A DNA stretch of 64,000 nucleotides from Camelus dromedarius (lineage: Eukaryota), in the NCBI RefSeq assembly GCF_036321535.1, contig NC_087436.1, positions 104,720,001-104,784,000 of the forward strand, given 5' to 3'. The translations under genes were made by a program, and so were the position numbers. Positions 22,770 through 35,884 of this stretch are shown piece by piece (within the stretch, counting starts at the first letter, position 1; the number at the start of each line of letters is the position of its first letter). The notes under the pieces are model-generated. The model saw nothing but the letters and a program-made list of their open reading frames with translations, was not told where the DNA came from and did no database searches.

Positions 22770-23560
22770 ACTGGTGGCCTGTGTGATGCACTGCCCAGAG
22801 TATCCTTCAAGGAAGGATCTGCTGCCCCAGCTGTAGGGACACTGTCAGGAGACCATCTTCAAATGTCAGGTCCCTTGGGGACCAATTCAGCTGCAGAAAG
22901 TGGCCTCGCCTAAAGTCATGCCCTTCCCAGGGAGGCCCCCATCCAATGCTTATCCATACGGATCTGGCCATTTGGGTCCAATTAGAACAATTTTGAAGGG
23001 TTATTCTAACTTCAGAGCTTTTCACGGTGTCATGGCCCAACTGGCTTCCCTCCCAGTCATATGTTGATGCCCTCACCCTCAGGACCTCAGAATATTGAGA
23101 CTGGGACTTTAAAGAGGCCTTTATGGTGAGCCCAAGGTCCAGGATAACAGGTTTCCTTATAAAAAAGGAGATAAAAATGTCTGCCCTAACACAGACACAC
23201 ACAGAAGGAAGACGGTGTGAAGACAGCAGAGGAAGGCAGTCGCCTACAAGCCAAGGAGGGAGGCTGCAGAAGAAACCAACTCTGCTGACACTTTGGTGGA
23301 ATTATAGCCTCCAGAACTGGGAAGAAATGGTTTCTGTTGTTTAAGCCACCCGTCTGCTCTCTGTTACAGCAGCCCACAGACCAGTACCCATGGGTGGGCT
23401 GAGGCTCTGGGCACATCCCAGCGCAGCTTCCTCCTCTGCCCACTCCCACTTCCCTCTCTTCCTTCCTGCGGTGTCCATCCCGAGGGCGGTCCTCAGGAAA
23501 CACGGCACCCACTTAACTTCATCTCAGAGTCGGCTTCCGGGGACCAGCCCGGGCCTCCAC
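22770..23560 (+). mobile_element. LTR16-like element interrupted by MLT1B-like LTR
   Basis: LTR16-type sequence on both sides of the insert (..TTCAGAGCTTTTCACGG | GTGGGCTGAGGC..). Confidence 0.6.
23028..23388 (+). mobile_element. MLT1B-like MaLR LTR
   Basis: Starts TGTCATGG; MaLR body (CTACAAGCCAAGGAG.GAGG, GCCTCCAGAACTG); 5-bp TSD CACGG (23023-23027) / CATGG (23389-23393), consistent with CpG decay. Confidence 0.85.
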
Positions 23561-23927
23561 TCACACTGGCTGAGGGAACGGGGAGAGATCTCAGAGGCCC
23601 CAGGGCAGGGAGCGCAGGGCCTCCTGAAGGGTGGAAACTGGAAGTAGAAGCTGGGAAGGAACAGCGTCTCTATCTGACTATTTGTCTCTGTACCTCTCCA
23701 CCTTCTCTTGCCTTGGTGCCTCTCCGAGCCCCAGCTTCCTTCTGCAGAGTCTCCCTGAAGACCTACCCTCCTGGCGGGCTCCTTTTCTCAGGTGCCTTCA
23801 AGAGGACCAGCCCCGCCTGAGTCTAATCGGGTCACCCCTGACATTCCCTCTCTGTTCCTTTGTTTCAATTCTCAGAGAATCTGATTGTCCCTGCTCATGG
23901 CCACGTGGTGGGGGCAGGACCTCCAGG

Positions 23928-23941
23928 CCTCTAGGTGGCGC
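23928..23941 (+). promoter_or_regulatory. CTCF motif
   Basis: CCTCTAGGTGGCGC, one mismatch to the core CCASYAGRKGGCRS. Confidence 0.55.
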
Positions 23942-24409
23942 AGTGGGGAAGAATGGAGGTGGGATGGGGCAGGTGAGGCCACAGTCTCCCTGACAACCCT
24001 TTGGAATTTTCTGAAGAAGGGATGGAGACCCAGGCTGTAGTGCTAGCTCCCGTTTACCATCTGGAGACCCTTGTGCTGCCGTGTGTTGTTATCATAAATT
24101 TCCCTAATTTGATGGGAATTAGAAGGGCCTCGGAGGCCAGCGGCTGTGTATCAGACTTCTGTGCATCTTCGTCTCCCCTCTGAACCCACACCGCGCCCTC
24201 AGCCAGGCTTCGCTCAGAGCTCATGCCTAATGGACATTTGTGGACTTGAGGATGCAGGCCAGGATTTCAGATCAGTTACATCCATTTTCTTTTGTGATCA
24301 CAGCCTTTTGTGATCATTTGAATTGTGCCAGCCATCTCCAAGAGGCATGAGTTGAAAGGTAGGGGTGCAGCTGGAGCTATGGTTCTAGACAAAATTACTT
24401 AATTGCTCT

Positions 24410-24835
24410 TTTTTTTTAGTTGTAAAATATACATAACAAAATTTACCATTTTAATCATTTTTAAGTGTAAGTTCAATGGCATTAAGTATATTCACATTGT
24501 GCAACCATCACCACTATCCATCTCCAGAACTTTTTCATCTTCTCCAACTGAAACTCTGTACCATTAAAAACTAACTCCTCCCTCCTCTCTCCCCCCAGCT
24601 CCTGGCAACTACCATCTACCTTCTGTCTCCATGAGTGTGACTACTCTTGGTACCTCATATAAGACTAATCATACAGTATTTGTCCTTGGTGACTGGCTTG
24701 TTTCACTTAGCATACTGTCTCCTGAGTTAAAATTTCCTTTGTTTTTAGGGCTGAATAATTGTATGGCTATAACACATTTTGTTTCTCTATTCATCTATCA
24801 ATAGAAACTTGGGTTGCTTCCATCAATAGCCATTT
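24410..24835 (-). mobile_element. L1MA/MB-type 3' end
   Basis: T-run then ACATAACAAAATTTACCATTTTAATCATTTTTAAGTGTA..GGCATTAAGTATATTCACATTGTGCAACCATCACCACTATCC. Confidence 0.85.
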
Positions 24836-25109
24836 TTAAGAAAAAAATTAATTTAGCATTTACTATGTACTAGGCATTGTACCCAATTTCTAATAATGCA
24901 TTAGTCAGTGACTCCTCCCAGTAACTTTAAGAGTTGAGTATCATTATCCCCTTTTAGGATGAAAAAACTGAGGCTTGGAAAAGTTACAGAAATTCCCACC
25001 AGTTGCCCACAAGTAAGTTGCAGGGTCAGATACTCTCCCAGGGCTGTGTGATGTCAGAGCCTCTAAGCTTCCCACCCCCATGGAAAGTGACATCTCAGTG
25101 ATGCACTCA

Positions 25110-26030
25110 GCAAAATCCTGAATGGGCAAACTACAGAACTAATGACCTCGTTCTTTCAACAAGTAAAGTGGAAAGTTAAAAAAAAAAAAAAAAAAAAAAG
25201 AGGAAGGCAACCTAGAGATGAAAAGAGATTTAACAGACAAGTCAACCAAATGAAATGACTGGGCTTGTTTGGATCCTGATTTGAAGAAAACAACTGTTGG
25301 AAAAGGTGAACAATTAGGGAAATTTAAACAATGTCTGGATAATCTCTGGTGATATTAAAGTATTATTATTGTTATTATTTTGGTGTACTAGTGGTATTGT
25401 GATTGTGTTTTAAAGAGACAGTGAGAGTCTTAGAGGTAACAACTGAAATAGCTAGAAATGAAATCTATGATGTTGGTGTCCAGAACTTGCTTCAAAATAT
25501 TCTAGAAGGAGAGGTGGGCAAGGGGTAAGGGGAAGATACAGATAAAATAAGGTGGATTTTGTGTTGATAATTGTTGGAACCTAGAGATTAAACAAAGCTT
25601 AAGAGGCATACCAACCAAATGCAATGTATACACCTTGTTTTGATTCTGATTCAAATAAATGGAGTGAAAAATAATCCAGGTGACAATAAGAGAACTTTGA
25701 ACTCAAACTTTTGATTGACATTAAGGAAATAGTATTAATATTTTTAGGTACTGTGATGGCATATTGGTTACTTTAAATAAAAAAAATAGTTCTTATTTTT
25801 AGAGATACATATGGGAACATTTATGAGTGAAATGATGTGATATATTGGATTTGCCTCAAAATATCCCAGAAGCAGTGTATGGGGGAAATAAGTGGAGATT
25901 AAAAAAAAAAATAAAAAGGTTGACCATGTGTTGATAATTATTGAAGCTGGGTGATGAGCACTCGGGGATTCATTTTATTATTGTGTTTACTTTTGACTAT
26001 GCTTAAAATTTCTACAATAAAAAACTTAAC
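25110..26030 (+). mobile_element. L1MC/ME-type 3' region with ~369-bp internal tandem duplication
   Basis: CAACCAAATG.AATG...TTG.TTG.AT.CTGATT, ATTTGC.TCAAAATA and GTGTTGATAATT motifs each occur twice (25211-25579, 25580-25947). Confidence 0.7.
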
Positions 26031-29000
26031 AGCAAACATTTGTTAAAAAAAATAGTATCTCATTTCTTTCTATAAGTAGCAAAACTGAGGCTTTGAGAGG
26101 GTAAGTCATATGCCCAAGGTTCAGGTATTCAATATTTCGACAGACAGTTGGGGGCAGGAATGGAAGACGGTCATCTGTTCCAACTCAGGGGACAAGGGGT
26201 TAACCACTGGAAAGCCTGCTGTTCCTCCCTGCTCAGGGTCTGCTTTCTCCTTCTGTTAATAGTACCTTGACTTTTCCTGGGGGACCAACTTCCCCAATTC
26301 TTAGCCACATGAGAGCGAGGCTGACTTCAAGAGTATCTCCAGCTCCAGGCCTGGGTACATAACTCAGGTCTAAACAATCAGATTATTCTATGCTTTGCTC
26401 ATGGTGGTTGCTTCAAAGTAGGGGACCCAAAGAGACTCAATCCTTCGAGTTTTCTAGAGGTGGAAGGAGAAGCTCCTTTTCCTCTAGAACTGCTAAATGA
26501 TAATAGTGGCAGTGGAATAATATGTATTGAAAGCTCACTGTGTGCTGGGGAGTGTTCTAAGCACTTTACATATATTAATAGAGATGTTAATTATTATTAT
26601 CTATTATTAAGTATTCTCATTTTACAGATGAGAACACTGAGGTTAGGAGACCTGGTGAGGATCTGGAGCTGCTGAAGACCACTAGATAAAGAAAATCTGC
26701 CTGAGGTAAAGTCAACATTGAAGGGGGTAAAAAACAGCTCCAAGGAGGCCAAGCTGCTGTCACCTGAGTCCCTGAATTTGAGCCCCTGGATTCAGCTTTA
26801 CTTTGGACTTTCCTCTTTCTTGGGCCAGGACTTCTTTACTAGTACAAGCCAGTTTAAGTTGGGTCTCAGCATTTTGCAGTCCAAAGAGACTTAAACCATA
26901 AAATGATGGAGGTCGTTGAATGCCAGGGGCAGGGGAAGGAAGAGAATGAAGAGGAGCCAATAAAAATTGCCCATCACTGTGCTGGAAGCTTTACACACAT
27001 TATCTCATTTAAACATTGCAAGAACCTGTTAGATGGGTAGTGTTCTCATTTAATAAATTAGGAAAATGAGGTTATGAAGCTTTAAGTCCATTGGTTCATT
27101 AAACAGAGATTTCCTTCTGAGCCAGGTACTCTGATAGGTACTGAGAATTCAAAGCTAACAGCAACAACAACAACAGCTCACATTTATTGAGTGCTGGCTG
27201 TGTGCCACACACTGTTCTCAGCAACTGACATGCATTGTCTCAGTTAGTCCACTGAACAAGCTTGTGAAGTAACTTTTATCATTATCCCCATTTCATGGAT
27301 GAGGAAATTGAGGCACAGAGAAGTTAAGTCATATGCTTAAGGGCACATGGCTGAGAAATGGAGATTGGGTAACATCAGGAGCCAGGAGCCAGGACCCTAG
27401 CATGACACCACACACTACCAACTCTCCCTATAAGAAATTCAAAGTAACTTGTCCTCGGGTCACACAGCTGGAAGCTGTCCAAGCTGGTCTGCCTGCCCTA
27501 AAGCTCAAGGCCTTTCCTAGGTCTCATGGTGCCATTGCCCATTAGAGTGGAGTTAAGAGGCAGGCTTTGCAGGAAGGAAATCAGAAGCCATGGAATGGTT
27601 TGGAGTGGGGGGTGGGGATGGGGATGATGATCTCATCAAAAGTGTACCATCTTTCAAAAAAGATGGGTCCTTCACTGAATCTACACTGACCACAAGGCAA
27701 AACATGCCCCTACAAACAACCCCCTGGGGGTGACACCTCTTAGTGTGGTTTACCCTTGAGCCATGACGCACAGAAGTGAGTTTCATTTCTGTTTTTAGGG
27801 AAAGAACTTCCTGTTTATCCCAGCCCTGAACCCCTTGCAGCAGGACACATTTCTGGGCAGCCTACAGGACTCAGCTTTTGTCCGTGATTTCTTTCCAACT
27901 GCCAGCAGCCTTTACCCACTTACTCTGGTAACTGTTCTCCTCTATCCTTTGGCAACTGAGCCTCCTTGATCCCACATGTGTCCTTTGGGGCTACTGATCA
28001 CGGGACCCACTTACCAAATAGTGGTACCCCTGGGCTATAGTGATGGGTCCTGAAGCAGGAATGACATCCTAGTAAGATCAGTCAGGCTCTTGGGATTTGA
28101 TGTCTGGCATTGGGAGAGAGGAGCCTAGTTTTTACTGAGATTGGATGATATAAACCTGAACCCATCTGTGATCATACTGATCCTCTCCCCTCAGAAACCC
28201 CACAAAGCCACGTGAAGGAAGAGGTATGAGCCCCCATCCCAAGGAAAGCGTAGCTGAGAAATGGTCAAAGAGAAATGCAGGGAGAATAGTACTGAGTCCA
28301 GTCATGCCTGAAACCAGCTCCACTCCAGGAACTCCCAGTTTCTGGAGTCCATAAATATTCCTTTTGCTGAAATTGGCTTGACTTGTGTTTCTGTTGCTTG
28401 CAACCCAAAGAGTGCTGGCTAAGCCATGCTTTGTCACCCAGAGGCTTCCTTGGCCCCAGCTTGTTCACTGTCTATTCTCACATTCAACTTTCACAAATGG
28501 CAGTAAGTCAGAGTGTGTGTGAAGATCTAATGACAAGGAAACTAACTGCAGAATTATTTATTCTGGTAAAGGGTTTGGAAAAAATGTAGATGGCCCATTA
28601 TAAGAGATCATTCACCTGTACAATCACCTAGGGGTCCTAGGTCTGATGAGTTTGTGGTAAAAAGTGACATCCAGTGATATTAATGCCCTGAATATGATAC
28701 CCACACAGAGGTTCAGCTCCACCCAGAGTTCCCCGTGGTTGTGGCCAGGGGTCCCCATGGTGCTGTCTCACATAAGTTCAAGCATAGGCTCACTTGTATG
28801 TTTCAGCTCTGAGACATCTCACCACTGTCCAGGGCTCTCCAGGAAAACACTGCTCCCCATGTGATGCTGGCCCTGATGGCTGCCATCAGGGTTCTGGGCA
28901 TCAGAGCTGGGTCAGGTCTGTGGGGGTGGGAGAAGCAGGGAAGGGAATCACCCTGCAGTGTAATATGGGTTTTATGGTTCTTCTTTCTCTGTTCAACAAG

Positions 29001-29290
29001 CTTCCCCATTTCCTTTCTCCTGCTAACAGATCCCATGACCCAGGCCTGGCCAGAGCTTCCTCTCCCCCTGACAAGGGTGAGTGGTGGAGAAGTGACTTAA
29101 GACCCAAGCAGGACAAATCCAGAGCCTTCCTTGGGATCAATTCCAAGGGACAGAAAAATACTATCTCTCTGTCTCTCACTATATTATCAGGAAGAGTCAG
29201 ATGGAGGAGATTGTAACTGAGCAGGACCCTCTTGTCATCGGTGACCATCTGATATGTTTGCAATGGTGTTTGTAACTGCTTAACTGTATA

Positions 29291-29410
29291 ATCATATGAA
29301 ATTTGTTCTTCTCTGTCTGACTTACTTCATTTACTATGATAATCTCTAGGTCCATCCATGTTGCTGCAAATGGCATTATTTTATTACTTTTTATGGCTGA
29401 GTAATATTCC
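29291..29410 (-). mobile_element. Internal L1 fragment without poly(A) or TSD
   Basis: Reverse of L1 ORF2-end sequence (EYYSAIK..KIMPFAATWMDLE in ORF 29197-29562); truncated at both ends. Confidence 0.85.
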
Positions 29411-30055
29411 TCAAACAACCAACTCTTTATGTCCCTTTGTACACAGAGACACCTCCCAAGTTTGGGAGAATAATGTTTGACTTTAGACACAGCATTCGCA
29501 CCATGGATATGATGCACAAAACTGGGAGGGAGGCAAACTTCCTTGTCTGAGCCTCTCAGCATCTCTCCCCATCCTGTGGGTGGTGACTCCCATGTACTGA
29601 GTGATCTCTGGCTGCTCAGAGCCCTCTAATCAAGTGGGGAGAAGGAAAAATTAATGTTAGTGGACAACAAGCAGTTTCTGGCAAAACAGAGGAGTAACAT
29701 CTTTTAGGGACGATCTCTGGTAGCTGGTGGAGGTAGGCTGCGCTGCTGAGGAGATAAAGGCAAGATAAAAGAGGTTTAATGAGGGAATCCACCCCTCCTC
29801 TAAAGAAACAGCTGGAAAGTGATGTATGACAGTGCAAAGCAGTGGTTCTTAACCTTCTGACCAGCCCACGTGCTGCCATGCAGGACTCTACACATTCACT
29901 GATGACCTTACACACCCACGTCCCCAAGCCAGGGAAAGCCATTCCGGGCTTGTATTCACAGCCACTTCTTCGTGGACCTTTTGCTGAGAACAGGGAGCCT
30001 TCTCTTTCTGACCCCGACGCGCTGGGGGAGGCGGTTCAGCCCGGGAAGGCTGCTG

Positions 30056-30069
30056 GCGCCATCTGGTGC
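30056..30069 (-). promoter_or_regulatory. CTCF motif in a small CpG-rich patch
   Basis: Minus strand GCACCAGATGGCGC; local CpG enrichment at ~29970-30130. Confidence 0.6.
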
Positions 30070-33000
30070 CCAAATGGAGAACCCGCTCAAGCGCGCGCCT
30101 CCGAGCTGGGATTTCAACCCACCGCTCTGGGCTCTCCAATCCCCACCTGCCTTTTCAAAAACTTCGCAGCTTGCCAATTTGCAAATATTGGGAAATCACT
30201 GTGCCTTGCAGTCTTCCTCCTGAGCCCACTGAAAGTAGAGCCTGCAAAGACTGCCAGACAATTACCTAAGCCTCAAGGAGCTCCTGGCAAATTGGACGTT
30301 CTGCGCATTTAAAACCCACCATCCACATGCACAGAATCACAGGAAACTTGGCATCCAGATTTTATCCTTAGCCTCTCACAGGGGCTACCTGAGCTTTTCC
30401 CAAGAGAAAAATCTCTCCCCTGAAGTGTGAAGACATCTGCTTTTCAGAGTTCCCCACCGCCACTATCTCTAAATAACAATTTCAAAACCAGTTGTTGGTT
30501 CACATTTAAAATTTAGAATCACATTTTCTTTTCTCCTTAGACAGGGGAAGATGGTAGCTGTTTCAGGGTTCATTAAACCCTAATTTCTTCACCAGGATTC
30601 CAGGCGTAAATGGTTTAGCTTTTCCACCCCCTGTTTGTTAAGACACTCTGCAATCAGATCCAATCTCGAAAAATGAATTTTCAGCTACAACTTCTGGAAA
30701 AGGGCCTTGATTTTTTTTATAATCAGCTAATGTTGCCATTCAACAGGAAAGAATAATAATAACATGGGAAATAAATTTGAGCACTGAGCTAGGGTGCCAG
30801 ATTTGGGAACCCACTGTTGTTTTTTGGTGGTGGTGTTGCTCCGAAATAGACAGGGAAGAACGACAAGAAGCAAGCTCCCAGGGTGGACATGAATGAGTCA
30901 TAAATAACAAAACAACTTATTTTGACATTCTGCTTCCACGGGGAGAAATAGGATTCAGGTCAGGGGGTCTTTTCCATTAAAGACTTTATTGCTATTATGA
31001 CCATCCAAAATTTGTCAGAAACATCTTTCCCTAATAACCTGGACAGTGATTTTGTTTTGACCCAAGGCCAAGGTCACCCAGCAGCTCCCAAGACCCTCCT
31101 CCCAGGCAAAGGGAGGTGTAGGGAGGTCAGAAGTGGGAGAGACTTCCCTCTCCCCTTTTCCAGCAGCAGGCTCGTGCCAAAGGCGCTGGAAGGAATTGCC
31201 TTTTGTCTTTCAGTTTCGGTTGGATTTTAACAGGCCCCTTTTACTTTCTTGTCAGCTCCTCAATTCAGGCAATTTCATGGCTTCTTTTCTGCGGCTGAGA
31301 CGAGAAGGGTTTGTGGCAGCCGGGCTGTTAGATGCAGCCCCGGGCTGAGGAGCAGCTCAGTTGCTAAGCAGCCTGGCTTTGCTGGCAGCCCAGATTGGCT
31401 CTGGAGGTTGGGCTGGCAACCCGGGAACAGCCCAGAGTTAACAGGGCGGTGAGGGTAGCCCCGAAGGGGGACGGTGTGTCCTGGTTAATTATTCAGCACA
31501 AGTGGACGGCTGAGAGCTGTCTGCGTACTTCCTTTCAATGAATCAGACTACAGTGAAGTAGAGCGCATTCATCCATTTAACAAGTATTTATTGAGAGCCA
31601 GGCGAAAGCTCGGCTGGAAGTAATTAGCCAATTAAACAGAACTGCGCTGGAGGGAGGAGTGTTCCAGGCAGAGGGAGCTGCAGGGCCGGGGTCGAGGTCA
31701 CTGGCTCGGCCTGTTCGGGGAGGAGCAGGAAGGCAGGGAGAGCTGGAGGCTGACGGAGAGGCGCAGAGGGGTGGGCAATGAGGCTGGAAGTAGGAGCCCG
31801 GCTGGGAGAACACATCACCTAACGCTGTCTACACCCCAGTGGGGACTTGGGATTTTAGTCGGAGTAGGATGGGAAGCTACTGCTGAGCTTGAAGATCACG
31901 TTGCTTCAAGTCCCATCGCGGCCTTAAAACGCTCCGACCTTTGGGACGAAACCCCCTCCTTGGCATGGCGCCCTAGAAGCTCCACCTCCAGGTTGTCCTC
32001 CTCCCCTGCCCTACCCCCAACTAAAGCACACCAGCCATAGAACTCTTGTGGCAACATCCCTGTTTCTGCCCTGCGAACTCCTACCTACCCTTCAAAACCC
32101 AGTGTATGTGTCACTGCACCTCACCAGCCTTCCTTGACTTCCTCCGACTGTGAATTCCCCAGTTAGCACCATAGACACACTCCTGTTGTATAGGGTCTGT
32201 GCCATCCACTTAAGGGGTCTCCTGCCCTCCAAGCCTGGAGGCCCTAGAGGGAGGAACCTGGTGCTGGGCTGGGGTCAGAGCCAGCAGAGTAGGAGAATGG
32301 ATGAACAGATGAATGAGTGAAGGAGAGTGAACCCATTAGCTCCTTGTCAACTGTCCACACCACAGTGGCAAGGAGCGGACCAGAGCTGCAGGCTGGCCTG
32401 CAGCTACTTGGGTTTACATCCAACCCCCATCAATTACTCCCAGGGACTCTTGGCCAATGGCTGTGCCTTGCCTTCCTCACGTATAAAATAGAAACGATAA
32501 TAATGCCACCCCCTGCCCAAAAGAGTTATTGAGAGGAGCAAATAAATCAAGGCATAAAAATACTAAAAATGTGTAACACACTATAGTCGCCCAGAAAGTA
32601 CTAGTATTATTAGGGGAGCTATTGCTGTTGCAAGGGGAGGGGCTGCAGGTGGCCAGGATTGGGTGGCGAGCTCCGCTGCCTTCCTCTCAGCTTGGCCTGG
32701 GGCAACTCTGAACCCCAGGGCCATGCATAGAGGCCATGTGTCAAGGCACTAGAGGAAACCGTATTTTCATTAATCTCCCTGGAATGCCAAAGTCAAAATT
32801 GCTTTTTATTCCCAAACCCTTCCCTACCTTCTTGGGACCAATTCCTATGCTGGTTTCTTAAGGAGGGCGCATATTTAGGGAGGTGAGGGCAGGGTAGTTT
32901 AAAGAAGTTGGGCTCGGAGCCAGCACACCCAGTTTGGAGTTCTCACACTGCCACCTGTCAGCGGCGTGGGGCAAGACGTTGCGCCTCTCTGTCCTGATGT

Positions 33001-33206
33001 CTCCGCTTCAGAAAAAGGCTGATGGTCCAAGACCTGCCTCTGCGGGCTGGAGCAGCGTCTGGGCAGTGTTTCCACGTGAGGCTGCAGAGTCAGCGTGTCA
33101 TGGCTCAGATTCCGTCCTCTGTTAGCTGTGGACCTGGGTGAATTACTCACTCTCTCTGGGCCTCAGTTTCCTCGACTAAAAAATGGGATAATAATAGCGC
33201 TTACCC

Positions 33207-33591
33207 TGTTATGGGTATCAAATTGATTTAAGTCCAAACAATCCATTTAAGTCCTAACCCCCAGGACATCAGAATGTGATTGTATTTGGAGACAGGGTCT
33301 TTAAAGAGGTAATTAAGGTAAAATGTGGTCATTAGTGTGGACTCTCATGCAATGTAACTGGCATCCTTATAAGAAGGGGAGACTGGGACACACACAGAGG
33401 GAAGACGATGTGACGGTACGACCTGAAGGTGACCTTCTACGAGCTATGGAGAGAGACTGCAGCGGAAATCCACCCCAGGACACCTAGATCTGGACTTCCA
33501 GCCTCCTGGCCTGAGAGGATATAAGCTTCTGTTGTTTATATACCAGTCCATGGTACTTCGTCCCGGCAGGCTGAGCAGAGGAAAATGAAGA
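33207..33591 (+). mobile_element. MLT1B-like LTR inserted into a MIR
   Basis: Starts TGTTATGGG; 5-bp TSD TACCC at 33202-33206 and 33592-33596; MIR sequence (GGCCTCAGTTTCCTC..AAAATGGG / GAGGATTAAATGAG) on both sides. Confidence 0.85.
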
Positions 33592-34094
33592 TACCCTGTC
33601 TTCATCTGGGTGGGAGATTGGGAGGATTAAATGAGATGCTGAAGGTCAGATGCTTTGAGGAGGGCGGGGCAGGCAGCAAGGTCCCCACGTGCCAGCTTGG
33701 CTCCCTCGAGAAAGGGCCTGTGCACACAGGGGTCAGAGAGATGCCACATCTGAAGGGGTCTCCTTCTTTTCATTCTGCTCAGACCCCATGGCACTGTCAG
33801 TAGTGGCTCCAGGTCGCAGGTGCCAGGCAAGCCCAGGCGTGGGTGCCACACAACCAGGGGTGAAGCAGGTGTTCTGTCTCCATGGAGAAGGCGGCCTCAC
33901 TGCCTGATGAGCAGAGAGAAAAGGGAGCCGTGGAAGAAGTAACTCCTCACCACAGGAACCAGAGCGAAAACAACAGTGGGGGACTGCACTGCACAAGAGA
34001 ACTGGGGGTCCCACAGGGGCGGGGACGGGGCCCCAGGGCCGGCTGAGGTGGACCTGGAGAGAGCGAGGCAAGCCCAGGCAGCAGCAGTTTTCCT

Positions 34095-34688
34095 CAATTT
34101 AAAAAAAAATTTTATATTAAAACATTTTTTTAATTGAAGTATAGTTGGTTTACAATGTTGTGTTAATTTCCAGTGTACAGCACAGTGTTTCAGTTATTCA
34201 TATATATTCCTTTTCATATTCTTTTTCATTATAGGTTACTACAAGATATTGAATATCTTGTGCTATACAGTTGAACCTTGTTGTTTATCTATTTTATGTG
34301 TAGTAGTTAGTATCTACAAATCCTGAACTCCCAATTTATCCCTGCACCCCCAACTTCCCTTCCTGGTAATTATAAGTTTGTTTTCTATATCTGTGAGTCT
34401 GTTTCTTTTTTAAAAAATAGTTCATTTGTGTCATTTTTTTTTAGATTCCACATATGAGTGATATCATATGGTATTTTTCTTTCTCTTTCTGGCTTACCTC
34501 ACTTAGAATGATGGTTTCCTGGTCCATTCATGTTGCTGCAAATGGCATTTATTCTTTTTTACAGCTGAGTAGTATTCCATTGTATGTATATGTATGTGTG
34601 TGTATATATATATATACCACATCTTTATCCAATCATCTGGCGATGGTCATTTAGGTTGGTTCCACATCTTGGCTCTTGTAAACAGTGC
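34095..34688 (-). mobile_element. L1 3' end
   Basis: TTAATTGAAGTATAGTTGGTTTACAATGTTGTG..AGATTCCACATATGAGTGATATCAT..; degenerate TSD resembling CAG.CAGCAGCA.TTTT. Confidence 0.9.
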
Positions 34689-35884
34689 CAGACAGCAGCA
34701 TTTTAAAACCTGTGGTGGAAGGAGCCAGGGGTGCTGTGGAAATAAGAGGCCGACAATTGGTGAGGAATCAGGATTCCTTCCTCCCTCCTTTTTCAAGGGT
34801 ATAGACAGTGGAGCTGCAGTTAGGTTTTGTGCCCCAAATGAGCTTCAGTCTCCTGATCAATAAAATGGGGGGAGTGTGTGATTGTAGTGTCCTCCTAAAG
34901 TTGTGAGCATAAAAAGGTAGGGTGCTTGGAACAGTGCCTGGCACGTGGGAAGAGCACTGTTACCTTGTGTCATTATTTTTCTCCAAAAGTAATGACAAGC
35001 AGCTTTTATTGAGCACTTACTATGTGCCAGATGTCTAAAAGCTTTACTGGGAATATCTCATTTAGTCTTCAGAGCTGCCTTTGGAGACAGGAACCATCCT
35101 AATTTTTGTTTTACAAATGGGGAACTGAGGCATGTGCACCTTGTGTCCAAAATCACATGGCCAAGTGGGTGGCCAAGCCAGGACCTGGGATCTGGGTGTG
35201 GGCCCCGGGCAGGGGAGGCCGATGCCATCCTGGCAGAAAACACCACCTCTGCTGGTTCTTTCCTTCTGGGAGTCTCACAGCTGCCAGCAAAGAACGCCGC
35301 CCCGAAGCCTCCCCAGCCCCCTTGGCATCTGCAAGGGAGTCCGACCCTCTCCTCCTCCTCCTCCAGAGGCCCAGGAGGGGGCAAAGCTGAACTGTAAATT
35401 TCTAGCAAGTTAAGAGGCTCTGGGCTCTGCCTTGCTGGTCTCTGTTGAAGAGATGGACGTGTTTTATTCTTGCACTGTTGAGGGGGCAGAGCCCCGAGGA
35501 GCAGAACAGAAGGTGTTTCCTCCTCATGGTCACTGAGGCGAGAACCCAGTGCTTCAAAGATGTCCTCACTGCAGTTTTGGTGACGTGCCATTTCTGTCCA
35601 CCCAGAGGAGGAGAGATGCTGGGGGCCTGTGTGGAGTCATCTTTTTTGCAGGCAGCTCCAGATGATGCTGTAAAACAGAGGCAGGGCTGGCCTGGAGGAG
35701 GGAGCAGGGACGCAAGTCAGGGTGAGCGGTGGCTGGCTGGCAGCCAACATTGATCTCCCCGACAGGTCCAGGTACCCAGCTCTCCAGGGCTGTTCTGGTT
35801 GGCTCTGAGAATCAAGGCCACCCCTGAGCACTGCCGTGTAGAAGGCCAACTTTGCCTCTGGGGCTCCCCTCCACGTTCTTTGTG

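Noticed and set aside
27648..27667. Short hairpin CCATCTTT-CAAA-AAAGATGG
   Set aside because: An 8-bp stem is expected by chance in 64 kb and is too short for a pre-miRNA.
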